A DNA stretch of 64,000 bases from Flavobacteriales bacterium (GTDB taxonomy: Bacteria > Bacteroidota > Bacteroidia > Flavobacteriales_D > CAJJDF01), in assembly GCA_020630395.1 (NCBI GenBank), contig JAHDBM010000001.1, forward strand, positions 5,511 through 69,510, written 5' to 3'. The notes beneath the pieces are model-generated. The model was given only the letters and a program-made list of their open reading frames with translations, did no database searches and was not told the DNA's origin. A program made the position numbers and the translations under genes. Positions 27,459-39,057 of this stretch are shown piece after piece (within the stretch, counting starts at the first letter, position 1; every line of letters begins with the position of its first letter).

Positions 27459-28996
27459 GCTCCTGGAATTATGATTCTAAATGTAGTTCCAACATTTACC
27501 TCAGAGGATTTAACATAAATCTTACCCTTAAGCTGTTCTTCTACTATTCTTTTAACCAGACTTAACCCTAAACCCCATCCTCTCTCTTTAGTTGTATAAC
27601 CTGGGTTAAAAATAGATTTTTGCTTATTAATTGGAACGCCTTTACCTGTATCGGTTATATCAATAATAACTTCATTATCTCCTTGAAATACAACATACGT
27701 AATTGAACCTTCTCCTTGTATCGCATCTACTGCATTTTTTGTTAAATTTTCTATCACCCACTCAAATAAAGACTCATTGATTAACCCTTTTGCAGCTTTA
27801 TCTCCTTGCTGAATTAACTTAACCTTCCTGCTCACTCTTTTATCTAAATAAGCAATAGATTTCGATACCATTTCAGCAATGTTTTTTTCTTCTGTTTTTA
27901 CTTGTGAGCCTATTTTAGAAAAACGATCCGTAATGGTGTCTAATCGCTTAATATCTTTATTCATTTCGTTAAGAGACTCTTCATCTACACCTTGAGCTCT
28001 TAACAATTCTATCCATGCCATTAAAGATGATAAAGGCGTACCCAATTGGTGAGCAGTTTCTTTAGCCATTCCCGCCCAAACTTGATTTTGTTCGGCTTTT
28101 CGAAATGTGCTAAATAAGAAGTAGGCGATAACTAAAAACAATCCTATTATTGTTATTTGAACCCAAGGATAATATCGTAACTGTTTTAATGTATTAGATT
28201 CAAAATAATAGATTTCACCTTTTACTCCATCTCCCAGTGACACACTGATTTTCGAATTTTCGCTCTCCATTTGTGAGATTACCTTTTCAATAGAAGCACT
28301 GTCTTTTAATTTTTTCTCTTCTACATTAGATGCTATTATTTCTCGTGTGCTACTATCTATAAAAACTATTGGAAGTAACGCACTGTTTTTAATTAACTCA
28401 TTTGTAAAACTTGAAATTATTGAATCACTTTTTTGTTTTAGCTCATTAAATAGCTTAGAATTATCATAATAAAACGTAGTAGATTGATTATACTTAAATT
28501 TCACGTAAATAGGAGTGTTAATTTCCGCCCATTTTTTTTTTAGTGTTTTAAGTGTATCGTAAAATAATGCTTTAGTTGCAAAATCTCCTTCTCCAAATGT
28601 TAGATTTCGCTCAGAATAAACTGTATCAATTATATTATTTTTTATAGAAGTTGACTCTTGAATAATTGGAATAGAAGTGTTTTTACTTAATACGGATGTT
28701 ATGAAACTATAGTCTAGTTGATCTCTTCCTGTCTCTCTCATTGCCTCCGTCCATATCTCCATTTTCTTTTGTTCCTCAACCCTTAACTGCTCAAACGTTT
28801 CGTTAGTAAGGTTTACTAATTGAGCCTGTTTTTTTACTGTTTCACTCCAAAGTTGAACCCTTTGTCGTTCATCTTTTTGAATTTTTTGTGTAATGTAATT
28901 TGTGTACCATAATGAGACACCTACAATAAGAAGTGCTACAATAGAAAGTACAATCTTCCATTTTTGTTTTTTTGAGTATAGTTCTGTTGATTTCAA
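27455..28996 (-). CDS. Membrane sensor histidine kinase (HisKA plus HATPase)
   Basis: Two TM segments, KETAHQLGTP, ENLTKNAVDA, DTGKG, GWGLGLS. TTG start coupled to the upstream small ORF. Confidence 0.92.
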   Translation of the reverse strand: MKSTELYSKKQKWKIVLSIVALLIVGVSLWYTNYITQKIQKDERQRVQLWSETVKKQAQLVNLTNETFEQLRVEEQKKMEIWTEAMRETGRDQLDYSFITSVLSKNTSIPIIQESTSIKNNIIDTVYSERNLTFGEGDFATKALFYDTLKTLKKKWAEINTPIYVKFKYNQSTTFYYDNSKLFNELKQKSDSIISSFTNELIKNSALLPIVFIDSSTREIIASNVEEKKLKDSASIEKVISQMESENSKISVSLGDGVKGEIYYFESNTLKQLRYYPWVQITIIGLFLVIAYFLFSTFRKAEQNQVWAGMAKETAHQLGTPLSSLMAWIELLRAQGVDEESLNEMNKDIKRLDTITDRFSKIGSQVKTEEKNIAEMVSKSIAYLDKRVSRKVKLIQQGDKAAKGLINESLFEWVIENLTKNAVDAIQGEGSITYVVFQGDNEVIIDITDTGKGVPINKQKSIFNPGYTTKERGWGLGLSLVKRIVEEQLKGKIYVKSSEVNVGTTFRIIIPGA

Positions 28997-29157
28997 ATTT
29001 CTCCGGTAATGGCTTTTTTAATAATAGCAAATATCCCCCAAAGGACTGCATTAGAAACGAGAAAATACCTCCAAAAATTGTATCCTCTTGCTTTTTGAGT
29101 AGCACCCATAAAAAATCCTATTATGGCAATGATTATTCCAGAAATCCAGTACACCAT
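28993..29157 (-). CDS. Small 54-aa two-helix membrane protein (not in ORF track)
   Basis: MVYWISGIIIAIIGFFMGATQKARGYNFWRYFLVSNAVLWGIFAIIKKAITGEI. Starts 2 nt after the rseP stop, and its TGA overlaps the kinase TTG (TTGA). Confidence 0.75.
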   Translation of the reverse strand: MVYWISGIIIAIIGFFMGATQKARGYNFWRYFLVSNAVLWGIFAIIKKAITGEI

Positions 29158-29159
29158 AT

Positions 29160-30518
29160 CTAATCAAACCAACCAAAGGCATCATTACCATTGGCATATA
29201 CTAATAATAGAATTAAAAACAGAAAACCAACAGTGTTGGCTTTTTCCATAAATTGATCACTTGGTCTTATCCCAGTTATCATTTCAAACAATAAGAATAA
29301 TATATACCCTCCATCAAGTGCAGGTATTGGCAAAAAGTTCATAAACGCTAAAATAATAGAGATTAATGCAGTATTCAACCAAAATATTTTCCAATCCCAA
29401 GTAGTTGGAAATAACTTAGCCATTGATCCAAAGCCCCCTACTTTTTTAGCTCCTTCTTTAGTGAACAACAAACGCATAGATTTAACATACTTTGTTAATG
29501 TTCCTATTGCTCTATTATACCCTTCTGGTATAGCTTCGAAAAAACCATACTCTTTTACGGAGTAAGTTAAAAAGTTTTCATCTGAAACAGTATAAAAACC
29601 TAGCGTCCCAGTTTTAGGAAGATTAGCTACAATATTCTTCTTTTCTCCATCTCTGTAATAGGTAATAATGGTTCTTTTTGATTGACAATTCTTCGTTACA
29701 TAAGATCTAAACTGATAATAATTATTAATCTCTTTTAAATCTACCCCTACAATACTATCTCCCTTTAATAATCCTATTTTATGAGCTTCTCCGTTTGGTG
29801 TTACCGAGTCGATTACTGTTGGAAAAGCTTCCATTAGCAATGGTCCTTTATAGTTATTTTTTAATACTGTTTGCTCAATATCTGCTGGAAGTGAAAATGC
29901 TACTTCATGCCCATTTCTTTCCACTACAACATCTCGTTCCCCATCAATAATAATTCTACTAGACGCTTCATGAAGGGTCTCTAAGGGTTCTCCTCCAATT
30001 GTTAATACTTTATCTCCTTCCTGGAATAAACCAGGAGCTTTCATTTCTTCCATCCCTATGGAAACTCCATATTTAGCATCTTCAGCAGCTATATATTCTT
30101 CACCCCATGCCCACAACACACAAGCATAAATAACAAACCCAACAATTAGATTTACTACAATACCTCCAATCATGATAATTAGCCTTTGCCAAGCTGGTTT
30201 TGTTCTGAATTCCCATGGTTGAGGCTCACTAGGTTCTTCTTCAACTTCATTACCATCTTTATCTTTTCGAGTAAGGGTTTCCGTTTCATCTACCATACCA
30301 GAAATCTTAACATAACCTCCTAATGGCAACCATCCAATACCGTACTCTGTTTCTCCTTTTTTAAACTTAAATAAAGAAAATTTAGGGTTAAAGAATAAGT
30401 AAAATTTTTCTACCCTTGTTTTGAATAATTTTGCTGGTATAAAATGACCAAGTTCATGCAACACAATAAGTATTGATAAACTGAGCATAAGCTGCATAGC
30501 GATTACGAAATAATCCAT
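29160..30518 (-). CDS. rseP: RIP metalloprotease RseP
   Basis: HELGH, PLGGYVKI, PDZ regions, NFLPIPALDGG. Follows dxr. Confidence 0.95.
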   Translation of the reverse strand: MDYFVIAMQLMLSLSILIVLHELGHFIPAKLFKTRVEKFYLFFNPKFSLFKFKKGETEYGIGWLPLGGYVKISGMVDETETLTRKDKDGNEVEEEPSEPQPWEFRTKPAWQRLIIMIGGIVVNLIVGFVIYACVLWAWGEEYIAAEDAKYGVSIGMEEMKAPGLFQEGDKVLTIGGEPLETLHEASSRIIIDGERDVVVERNGHEVAFSLPADIEQTVLKNNYKGPLLMEAFPTVIDSVTPNGEAHKIGLLKGDSIVGVDLKEINNYYQFRSYVTKNCQSKRTIITYYRDGEKKNIVANLPKTGTLGFYTVSDENFLTYSVKEYGFFEAIPEGYNRAIGTLTKYVKSMRLLFTKEGAKKVGGFGSMAKLFPTTWDWKIFWLNTALISIILAFMNFLPIPALDGGYILFLLFEMITGIRPSDQFMEKANTVGFLFLILLLVYANGNDAFGWFD

Positions 30519-30592
30519 ATAATAAATGTGCGGTTCTAATTAATTTAAGGCTTAAAGATACATTTTTTAACCGTAGAATCCCTGAAGGATAT

Positions 30593-31759
30593 TTAATTCA
30601 ATTTACTCATCACAATATCTTGAGCAATTTGCCTAGCCTCATCATTTGAGTTAATGTAATCATCTAGCTTAGGTGATTCAATAAATGTTGCTTTATTCAT
30701 GACTTCTTCATTGATATTTGCTATATCTAAAAACGATATCTTGCCATCTAAAAACGCTTGGTTTGTTATTTCATTAGCTGCATTTAATATACACGCCATG
30801 CTACCTCCTTTATCAAGTGCATCAAACGCTAATTGTAAATTTTTAAACGTTTTAGGATCTGGTTTTTCAAAGGTTAAAGATGGGTAATCCATAAAACTAA
30901 ATCGCTTAAAATTAGATTTATATCTACTAGGGTATGTCAATGCATATTGAATGGGTATTTTCATATCTGGCAATCCCATTTGGGCTTTAATACTACCATC
31001 TTCAAATTGAATGGCAGAATGAATAATAGATTGAGGATGAACTATCACTTCAATTTGTTCTGGTTTTAGACCAAACAACCATTTTGCTTCAATTACTTCT
31101 AATCCTTTGTTCATTAGAGAAGCAGAATCGATGGTAATTTTAGCTCCCATTTCCCAATTAGGATGATTTAATGCTTCTTTTACGGTTACTTGTTTTAATT
31201 CGTCTATAGACTTTCCTCTAAATGGTCCTCCTGAAGCCGTTAAGTATATTTTCTCAATTTTATTATTAAAGTCTCCAACCCAAGATTGAAATATTGCTGA
31301 ATGCTCAGAATCTACAGGGTAAATATTTACTCCTTTTTCTTGCGCTAACTTCGTTATTAACTCTCCTGCTACTACTAGAGTTTCTTTGTTGGCAAGTGCT
31401 ATATCTTTTCCTGCTTCAATAGCCTTAATTGTAGGAATTAAACCTGAGTAACCAACTAAAGCAGTTAATACCGTTTTAACCTCTTTCATTTCGGTAACTT
31501 CTGCTAAAGCTTGTTCTCCTGCATACACTTTTATATCATGCTCAAATAGCGCGTCATTAACTTTTTGATATAAACTTTCATCAACAATTACTACTGTATT
31601 TGGTTTATGCTTAATGGATTGTTCAATTAACAAATCAGCATTTTTATGTGCTGTAAGTACAACCAGTTCAAATTTATCGGGATATTGTTCTATTACTTCG
31701 AGTGCTTGAACACCTATTGAACCTGTAGATCCTAAAATTGCTATTCCTTTTTTTGACAT
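30593..31759 (-). CDS. dxr: 1-deoxy-D-xylulose-5-phosphate reductoisomerase
   Basis: LGSTGSIG, LANKE, PVDSEH, NKGLEVIEA. Confidence 0.97.
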   Translation of the reverse strand: MSKKGIAILGSTGSIGVQALEVIEQYPDKFELVVLTAHKNADLLIEQSIKHKPNTVVIVDESLYQKVNDALFEHDIKVYAGEQALAEVTEMKEVKTVLTALVGYSGLIPTIKAIEAGKDIALANKETLVVAGELITKLAQEKGVNIYPVDSEHSAIFQSWVGDFNNKIEKIYLTASGGPFRGKSIDELKQVTVKEALNHPNWEMGAKITIDSASLMNKGLEVIEAKWLFGLKPEQIEVIVHPQSIIHSAIQFEDGSIKAQMGLPDMKIPIQYALTYPSRYKSNFKRFSFMDYPSLTFEKPDPKTFKNLQLAFDALDKGGSMACILNAANEITNQAFLDGKISFLDIANINEEVMNKATFIESPKLDDYINSNDEARQIAQDIVMSKLN

Positions 31760-31900
31760 GGATTAAAGATAATAAGTGTTAATGGTTAAGGTTAGATTTC
31801 TTTAAATTATTTATTCTTTTTTGAATTAAATTCAAGTTCATCTCTTTTTGTTTCGCTTTTTTTATAAATTTAATTGTATAAACAATAAATCATTATTTGA

Positions 31901-33268
<1,368 letters not shown>

Positions 33269-33290
33269 TACTAATAACCACAATCTTTTT

Positions 33291-33324
33291 AAAACTCCAA
33301 GCATTTCATGCTTGGAGTTTTTTT
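33291..33324 (+). terminator. Intrinsic terminator
   Basis: AAAACTCCAAGCAT-TTC-ATGCTTGGAGTTTT followed by more T. Confidence 0.85.
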
Positions 33325-33338
33325 ATAGCTTCATATGG

Positions 33339-33450
33339 TGTGTATTTACACAGAGTGAGTTTTTTTTCCACACTAGCACTTAGTCGCGAAAATTAAAGTT
33401 GTTGATTTTCAGGTGTTTATTAAAAACTAAAAATAAGGTATGCTTTTGGA
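33339..33450 (+). promoter_or_regulatory. Putative sigma54 promoter with upstream activator palindrome
   Basis: TGTGTA-TT-TACACA (33339-33352) and GG-TATGCTTTTG-GA (33437-33450) with -24/-12-like spacing. Confidence 0.45.
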
Positions 33451-33485
33451 AATATACTAAGCGGTATTAATCAAAAACGAAAATT

Positions 33486-34328
33486 ATGAAACTTTTTAAA
33501 ACATTATCGATTGTAGCCATAGGTGCTGCATTAAGTCTTACAAGTTGTAAGAAAGACGAAGCTCCGTCTCCAAATTCTAGTAGTCAAGCTGGAGACCAAT
33601 CATTTAAAGTAAGAATGACAGATAATCCAGGTAATTATTCAGCCCTAGATGTAGAAATCGTTAGTATATCTGCAATGAACTCAAATAATGAGTGGGTAGA
33701 GCTTAACAACAGCACACAAACAGTTAGTGTATTAGAACTTACAAATGGTAAAGAAACTACATTAGCTTTTAAAAACAATGTTGATGCAGGCGTTTACACT
33801 AAATTAAAGATTAAGTTTTCTCAAAATAATAGACTTACTCTAAATTCTTTCTTAAGTGGAGGTAGTTCTTCTTCTATTATTAATGTTGGAGTAAATGTTG
33901 GTTCTACAACTGATATTAACGAAGAAGTGATAATTGAAATTGATGAATCTATTAGTTCTACCACAAATGCTGATGTGTTAATAGACTTTAATGTTGCTGA
34001 GTCAGTAATTGAAAATTCTGGAAATTATATGATTGATCCAGTAATAACAGTTATATCTGATGCTCAGACTGGAGTTAAGGGTGAAATTGAAAATGATACA
34101 AGAGCTGCATTAAAATTTGAAATGTCAACTAACACTGAAATGTCTTATACTGCATATACTGATGATGAAGGTAACTTTATGGTTAGAGGTATGGCAGATG
34201 GTGATTATAATTTAACTGTAATGCCAGATCAAGATGAAGATAATTCTTTAAATAGCAGTTATAGCTTTAGTAATATTACAGTAGTGGACGGTCAAATAAC
34301 TAACTTAGGTGAATTTGATTTACAATAA
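33486..34328 (+). CDS. DUF4382-domain lipoprotein
   Basis: Lipobox LTSC, VRMTDNP, LELTNG, LIDFNVAES, C-terminal carboxypeptidase-regulatory-like domain. Confidence 0.82.
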   Translation: MKLFKTLSIVAIGAALSLTSCKKDEAPSPNSSSQAGDQSFKVRMTDNPGNYSALDVEIVSISAMNSNNEWVELNNSTQTVSVLELTNGKETTLAFKNNVDAGVYTKLKIKFSQNNRLTLNSFLSGGSSSSIINVGVNVGSTTDINEEVIIEIDESISSTTNADVLIDFNVAESVIENSGNYMIDPVITVISDAQTGVKGEIENDTRAALKFEMSTNTEMSYTAYTDDEGNFMVRGMADGDYNLTVMPDQDEDNSLNSSYSFSNITVVDGQITNLGEFDLQ

Positions 34329-34351
34329 TAAAAACACATAAAGATTTCTAT

Positions 34352-34376
34352 AAAGCTCCTCATTGAGGGGCTTTTT
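34352..34376. terminator. Intrinsic terminator between convergent genes
   Basis: AAAGCTCCTC-ATT-GAGGGGCTTT followed by T. Confidence 0.7.
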
Positions 34377-36898
34377 TAATATCCCCAACTATTATCTCGT
34401 ATTCGATAGAAATTAACCGCAAATTTAATTCTTGGTTTAATTGGAGAATAATTTGAGACTGCATCAACTACATAAATTCCCAACCTCAATCTTCTACGGT
34501 CTATTCTAAATGTTCGTTCTAATCCTCCAAACCACTCAAAATAACGGTAATTAGATTCCCTTATATACAATGCACTTGTTCCAGCAACTGCATGAATACC
34601 CAACCGTCTAATTAGTGGCAGGAAATTTACAAGGACTCCATTAAAATGATGTGTAAAATGAGCTTTTAAATAAGCATCAGTAGCATTAAGTGATGTATCT
34701 TGAATTTGCATAGATTGCATTAGAGAAGCAAAAAACCATTGATCTCCCCTAGGAAATATTTTATAATCTACATATCGTAAGTCTTCCGTATTTACAAATT
34801 GTCCTCCTGTTAATTTATAAGAGGATGTACCAAATGTTACTAATTGAAATGTTTGCTTTACTTGAGCTTCAATTAAATCGAAATTAACGTCACTCCCAAA
34901 TACCCCGTTAAGTCCTTTTGTAAATCCCAATGAAAATGTTGGCCATTTACTTCCTAAAATCACCTTGCGATATGGTTCTCTTAAAAACTTTTGAAAAGGT
35001 GTATATGAAAATACAACATCTAAATTAGCTGCTTGATATGTACTGAAAGGTTCTACTTGATTACCTCCAAATAAACTATCGGTTATTGGACTAAAATTAT
35101 ATTTTTCGATTGATCTTCTCTCCGAAAGACTTAAAGATGAATTGATAAAAAAACCGTTTAAATATTCTCTAGAATGTCCAAAAATTAAAAAATCATTCTC
35201 TATCCAATTGTTTCTAACAAACAAGTTAGTTAAAGCATCATTCATAACCACTAGATCAAACTGTCTACCTCCATAAAATGAAACTACTCCTGAGTGTAAT
35301 GGATCATAACGAAACACTGCTGACAAGTATCCTTTAGGATCCCAATTTTGAATACTCCAATTTAATTGAGCTCCTAGATCAACATATTGTTCGTTTTCCC
35401 ATTTTTTAAATATTGAAGCTTCTGGACCAACCCTTACTCCTCCAATTTGAAAAGGATCTAACATTCCAGCTAATGAACTTACGCCCCAATATCGTTTCTT
35501 TTTTCGATTGGTAAAATATACACCATCCCAAACAACATCCAAAAAGGATATTTTATTAAATACGCTATCTATTGAGTCTAGATAAACCTCTGAATGCGTT
35601 AAATCATATATGCTATCTTTTATTCTTTGGTATTCTTGTTCTTCAATCGTTAATGGTTCTGGCCTAATTTTATCCCAATAAGACGAGTCTCTTTTATATG
35701 CTTCTTTAGTTGTAACTCCCATTTCATTTCTGAAATATTTTTTAGGGAATTCTGGGTTTATTTCATAGTTAGAATAACGCACAATGGTTTGACCAGTAAA
35801 ACGACTTCTTCCTGCTTTAGATTTATAATTAAATTCTTGCCTTTTTAATACCATGGTTGTATCACTAAATTCATACTCTTGAATTACTTGAAAGTCATCA
35901 TAAATGAGCAAACCACCTTTGTGAAGTGACAAGTCAACCTTATGTACATTGAATGTACTATCTTGAATCCAAATGTGACCTTTATAAGTAGCGTTTCCTC
36001 TTTTTCTTGGAGACATTTTTATTTTATATAACATTCTTCCGTCTAAGAAAGTAGTTTCAACTAATTCAAACTTGTAAGTGATAGCAGAAATGGTATTTAA
36101 TGGAGAAACCAATGGTACTTCGTTAAGTTTCGGCAATCTCATTAACCCATCATAAAAATTGAATTCATTTTCTATGGTGTTGTTGAAAAACAACCCATAA
36201 CTACTTCCATATTTTTTATAAGCAGTTCGAATTTCTTTTATTTTGTTAGGATATTGATAATGACGATCCATATTAATTTCTAGCATATTAATACTACTGG
36301 CTAGTTTATTAATTTGCTGTTTTTTCTTCTTCTCATTCTCCTCAAAAACATCTGGATTATTATTGGTTATTTTATTTTTCTCCGCTACTTCTTGTTGCTT
36401 TTTTTTCTTTTCTCTCCTTTTTCTTTCCTTCTCACTAATAATTTCCTTTGCCTTTATATATACTTTAGCTTTACTACTTTTTATTTGACTATTCCAATAT
36501 GACCTTTTTTTAACTGCATTTTTTATTATTTCATAAGCAGGATCTCGGTCTTTACTATTTACGACAACATCATTAAGTAATTTAACATCTTGACGGAGCC
36601 AAATGTTTTTTACAACCGTTTTGTTGTTTTCTATTAAAATCTTTACTTGTTGATCTTCAAATCCTACTGATGTTATTACCAGTTCATAATATCCTTGATC
36701 AGTAAATTGATAGAAATACCTCCCTTGTACATCTGATGATGTACCTGTTTGAAGATTTTTGATGTAAACATTAGCAAAGGGTATTGGTGTATTTTCTTCA
36801 TTATAAATAAAACCAGATACTGATTGAGAAGAAAGCTGAAAAGCAATACATATTAAAAAAATTACTTGCGTTATGGTTAAACCATTTTTACTTAACAT
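34376..36898 (-). CDS. DUF5686 plus carboxypeptidase-regulatory-like domain outer membrane protein
   Basis: PIPFANV..GTSSD.QG, DPAYEIIKNA, RDSSYWDKIRPEPLT. Confidence 0.82.
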   Translation of the reverse strand: MLSKNGLTITQVIFLICIAFQLSSQSVSGFIYNEENTPIPFANVYIKNLQTGTSSDVQGRYFYQFTDQGYYELVITSVGFEDQQVKILIENNKTVVKNIWLRQDVKLLNDVVVNSKDRDPAYEIIKNAVKKRSYWNSQIKSSKAKVYIKAKEIISEKERKRREKKKKQQEVAEKNKITNNNPDVFEENEKKKKQQINKLASSINMLEINMDRHYQYPNKIKEIRTAYKKYGSSYGLFFNNTIENEFNFYDGLMRLPKLNEVPLVSPLNTISAITYKFELVETTFLDGRMLYKIKMSPRKRGNATYKGHIWIQDSTFNVHKVDLSLHKGGLLIYDDFQVIQEYEFSDTTMVLKRQEFNYKSKAGRSRFTGQTIVRYSNYEINPEFPKKYFRNEMGVTTKEAYKRDSSYWDKIRPEPLTIEEQEYQRIKDSIYDLTHSEVYLDSIDSVFNKISFLDVVWDGVYFTNRKKKRYWGVSSLAGMLDPFQIGGVRVGPEASIFKKWENEQYVDLGAQLNWSIQNWDPKGYLSAVFRYDPLHSGVVSFYGGRQFDLVVMNDALTNLFVRNNWIENDFLIFGHSREYLNGFFINSSLSLSERRSIEKYNFSPITDSLFGGNQVEPFSTYQAANLDVVFSYTPFQKFLREPYRKVILGSKWPTFSLGFTKGLNGVFGSDVNFDLIEAQVKQTFQLVTFGTSSYKLTGGQFVNTEDLRYVDYKIFPRGDQWFFASLMQSMQIQDTSLNATDAYLKAHFTHHFNGVLVNFLPLIRRLGIHAVAGTSALYIRESNYRYFEWFGGLERTFRIDRRRLRLGIYVVDAVSNYSPIKPRIKFAVNFYRIRDNSWGY

Positions 36899-36975
36899 TC
36901 TTCTTTACCCTTTAATAACAACTTTACTAGTAGATTTTACTGTTTATTATAATGTATTCACAAACAACATTGCTT

Positions 36976-37521
36976 TTATTTAGATACCCAAGGTATTTCT
37001 TTTGCATTAAATTGTTGTGATAATGCTCTTGAAAGAGTAAAAAAATAATCAGATAAACGATTTAAATATTTAGCAATTAAATCATCAATCTCAATACTTT
37101 CCATTAGTCCCACAACCGATCGTTCTGCTCTACGACAAACACACCTACATACATGACTTTGAGACACTGCCATATGGCCTCCTGGTAAAACAAATGATCT
37201 AAGCTCGGGTAGTGTTTCATTCATTTTATCCATTGCCTCCTCTAATTCCACAATGTGTTGTTCTTTAATAGTTGGCAGGTTAAATTTATTATCCTCACTT
37301 TCATCAGCTAGATTAGAACCTATAGTAAAGAGGTTATTTTGAATATGAATTAAACTTTGCTTTTGCTTTTCTGTTAAATCATAATCTCTTAATAAACCAA
37401 CATGAGCATTAAGCTCATCTACCATTCCGTAGCAATTAATTCGTTCATTTGCTTTTGAAACTCTCGTACCTCCCAATAAGGATGTAGATCCTTTATCTCC
37501 AGTTTTAGTATAAATCTTCAT
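36976..37521 (-). CDS. ATP:cob(I)alamin adenosyltransferase (PduO type)
   Basis: KIYTKTGDKG, G.VDELNA, RRAER, YLNRLSD. Confidence 0.93.
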   Translation of the reverse strand: MKIYTKTGDKGSTSLLGGTRVSKANERINCYGMVDELNAHVGLLRDYDLTEKQKQSLIHIQNNLFTIGSNLADESEDNKFNLPTIKEQHIVELEEAMDKMNETLPELRSFVLPGGHMAVSQSHVCRCVCRRAERSVVGLMESIEIDDLIAKYLNRLSDYFFTLSRALSQQFNAKEIPWVSK

Positions 37522-39050
37522 TAATACGCTATTTTATATAGGTAAAAAACTTCTCTATCATCTAATTCCTTTGTATCGTCATTTGCAATATGTTGATATC
37601 CATATAACAAATAATTATCTCTATACCACCCATCTATTTTGCTTATACACATATCTAAATAATCATCTATATTAGGTAGTTCTATTAACTGTTGATTTTC
37701 GGCAGATATTGTTTCTCCTTTCTTATTTAACTTAAAAGATACTATTTTATCCCTATCAGGTAATAATAGATTAATTTCATCTTTAGTATAATTAAGATTA
37801 GATGGTGGTTCTTCGTTTGCTATTCTATAACTAGTCCAGTGGTTAATTTGACGAGCAAAAACAAATTCATGATTTCTATTGAAACACCATAATAACACAT
37901 GGGTATATTGTTTTATTTCTTTTCCTACATGCCCACCAACTAACATTTTACCTGTGTTTTTATCTAACTGATATTGTTCCGGTAATTTTAGGTGATAAAA
38001 GAATTCTGTAGCGAAATAAATCAATGAATCATTAACTATAACATCATGAAGATTTGTTCTTATATTAACGACTGGTTTTGTTTCAGTATTTTTACCTGTA
38101 ATTTTTTTCTGTTTCTTTTCTTCTTCTTTTGGAGGTAAATATGATAAAAATGCTTCTTGTTTTAAGAAGCTTCTTTTAGTTAAGTTTTTTGTTGTTAAGT
38201 TGTAAATAAAAACACCTTCTGAGCCTTTTTGCTTTGGTGTGTGAGAATATGTCCCTGTAAGCACTAATTTAGCTGTATCTGTATCATTCAACTTAAAGTC
38301 CTTGATGGGTAATGATATAAGTGACCCCAAATTAAAATCCTCTACATCTTTTAGTTCATTATCATACTTTCTTAATACAGCCTGTTGAGTTTTAACTCCA
38401 TTTTTTACTGCATACAAGTAACAATAACCACTTATACTTGAAGGCACTAATTTTAAATTACTAAAACCGTTTAATTCAAATTGAAAAGGGATTATTTTTT
38501 TATTAATCGTCCTCCCTGTTTTCAAGTTTAAGGAGTATAAATAATATGACATATCCGTTTGAACCAACATAAACGCATAATCTTCCCTAACAAAAGCTTC
38601 ATGAATTTTACCTTGCTCAGTAAAAACTCCGTGTATATGCCTTTTTTTAAACCCATTTATTTCTATACTAATAACTGTATAACTCCCTTTGGTATCATGA
38701 AAAAAACTATGAATTACATCATCTTCTTTTACAACTTTAAATGGCTTCATCAACTTATGAATTAAATGTTTGATGGTTCCTTGTATAGTTAAATTTGTGT
38801 CATAATGATCTAGTTTTAACACTCTATGATCATCTCTATGCTCTGTACTTAAAGATTGGATTATAAGGCCTTTTTCGGCTATTGGAATTACTTTTTTATT
38901 AGAAAATTGATCCCTAGCATTTAATTCTAATCTAGTGTCAAAAGATACTTGTGATGAAAGATTAAACGAAAAAAACAACACTAAAAAACCACCAAAGAAC
39001 ACTACAGGTGTTTTATGGCTAATGATTCGTATTATTGTTTTTAACTTCAA
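37521..39050 (-). CDS. Hypothetical exported protein (beta-propeller-like), paralogue of the next gene
   Basis: Shares RLE, TGTYS, HD(V/I)I, Y(T/S)H, WY.DN...YG.Q and FY..K..Y with 39058-40563. Start uncertain. Confidence 0.65.
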   Translation of the reverse strand: MKLKTIIRIISHKTPVVFFGGFLVLFFSFNLSSQVSFDTRLELNARDQFSNKKVIPIAEKGLIIQSLSTEHRDDHRVLKLDHYDTNLTIQGTIKHLIHKLMKPFKVVKEDDVIHSFFHDTKGSYTVISIEINGFKKRHIHGVFTEQGKIHEAFVREDYAFMLVQTDMSYYLYSLNLKTGRTINKKIIPFQFELNGFSNLKLVPSSISGYCYLYAVKNGVKTQQAVLRKYDNELKDVEDFNLGSLISLPIKDFKLNDTDTAKLVLTGTYSHTPKQKGSEGVFIYNLTTKNLTKRSFLKQEAFLSYLPPKEEEKKQKKITGKNTETKPVVNIRTNLHDVIVNDSLIYFATEFFYHLKLPEQYQLDKNTGKMLVGGHVGKEIKQYTHVLLWCFNRNHEFVFARQINHWTSYRIANEEPPSNLNYTKDEINLLLPDRDKIVSFKLNKKGETISAENQQLIELPNIDDYLDMCISKIDGWYRDNYLLYGYQHIANDDTKELDDREVFYLYKIAY

Positions 39051-39057
39051 TTTATTG

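Noticed and set aside
28869-29163. Track ORFs 28869..29105 (-) and 28972..29163 (+)
   Set aside because: Shadow frames; the 54-aa ORF 28993..29157 fits the gap, hydrophobic pattern and coupling better.
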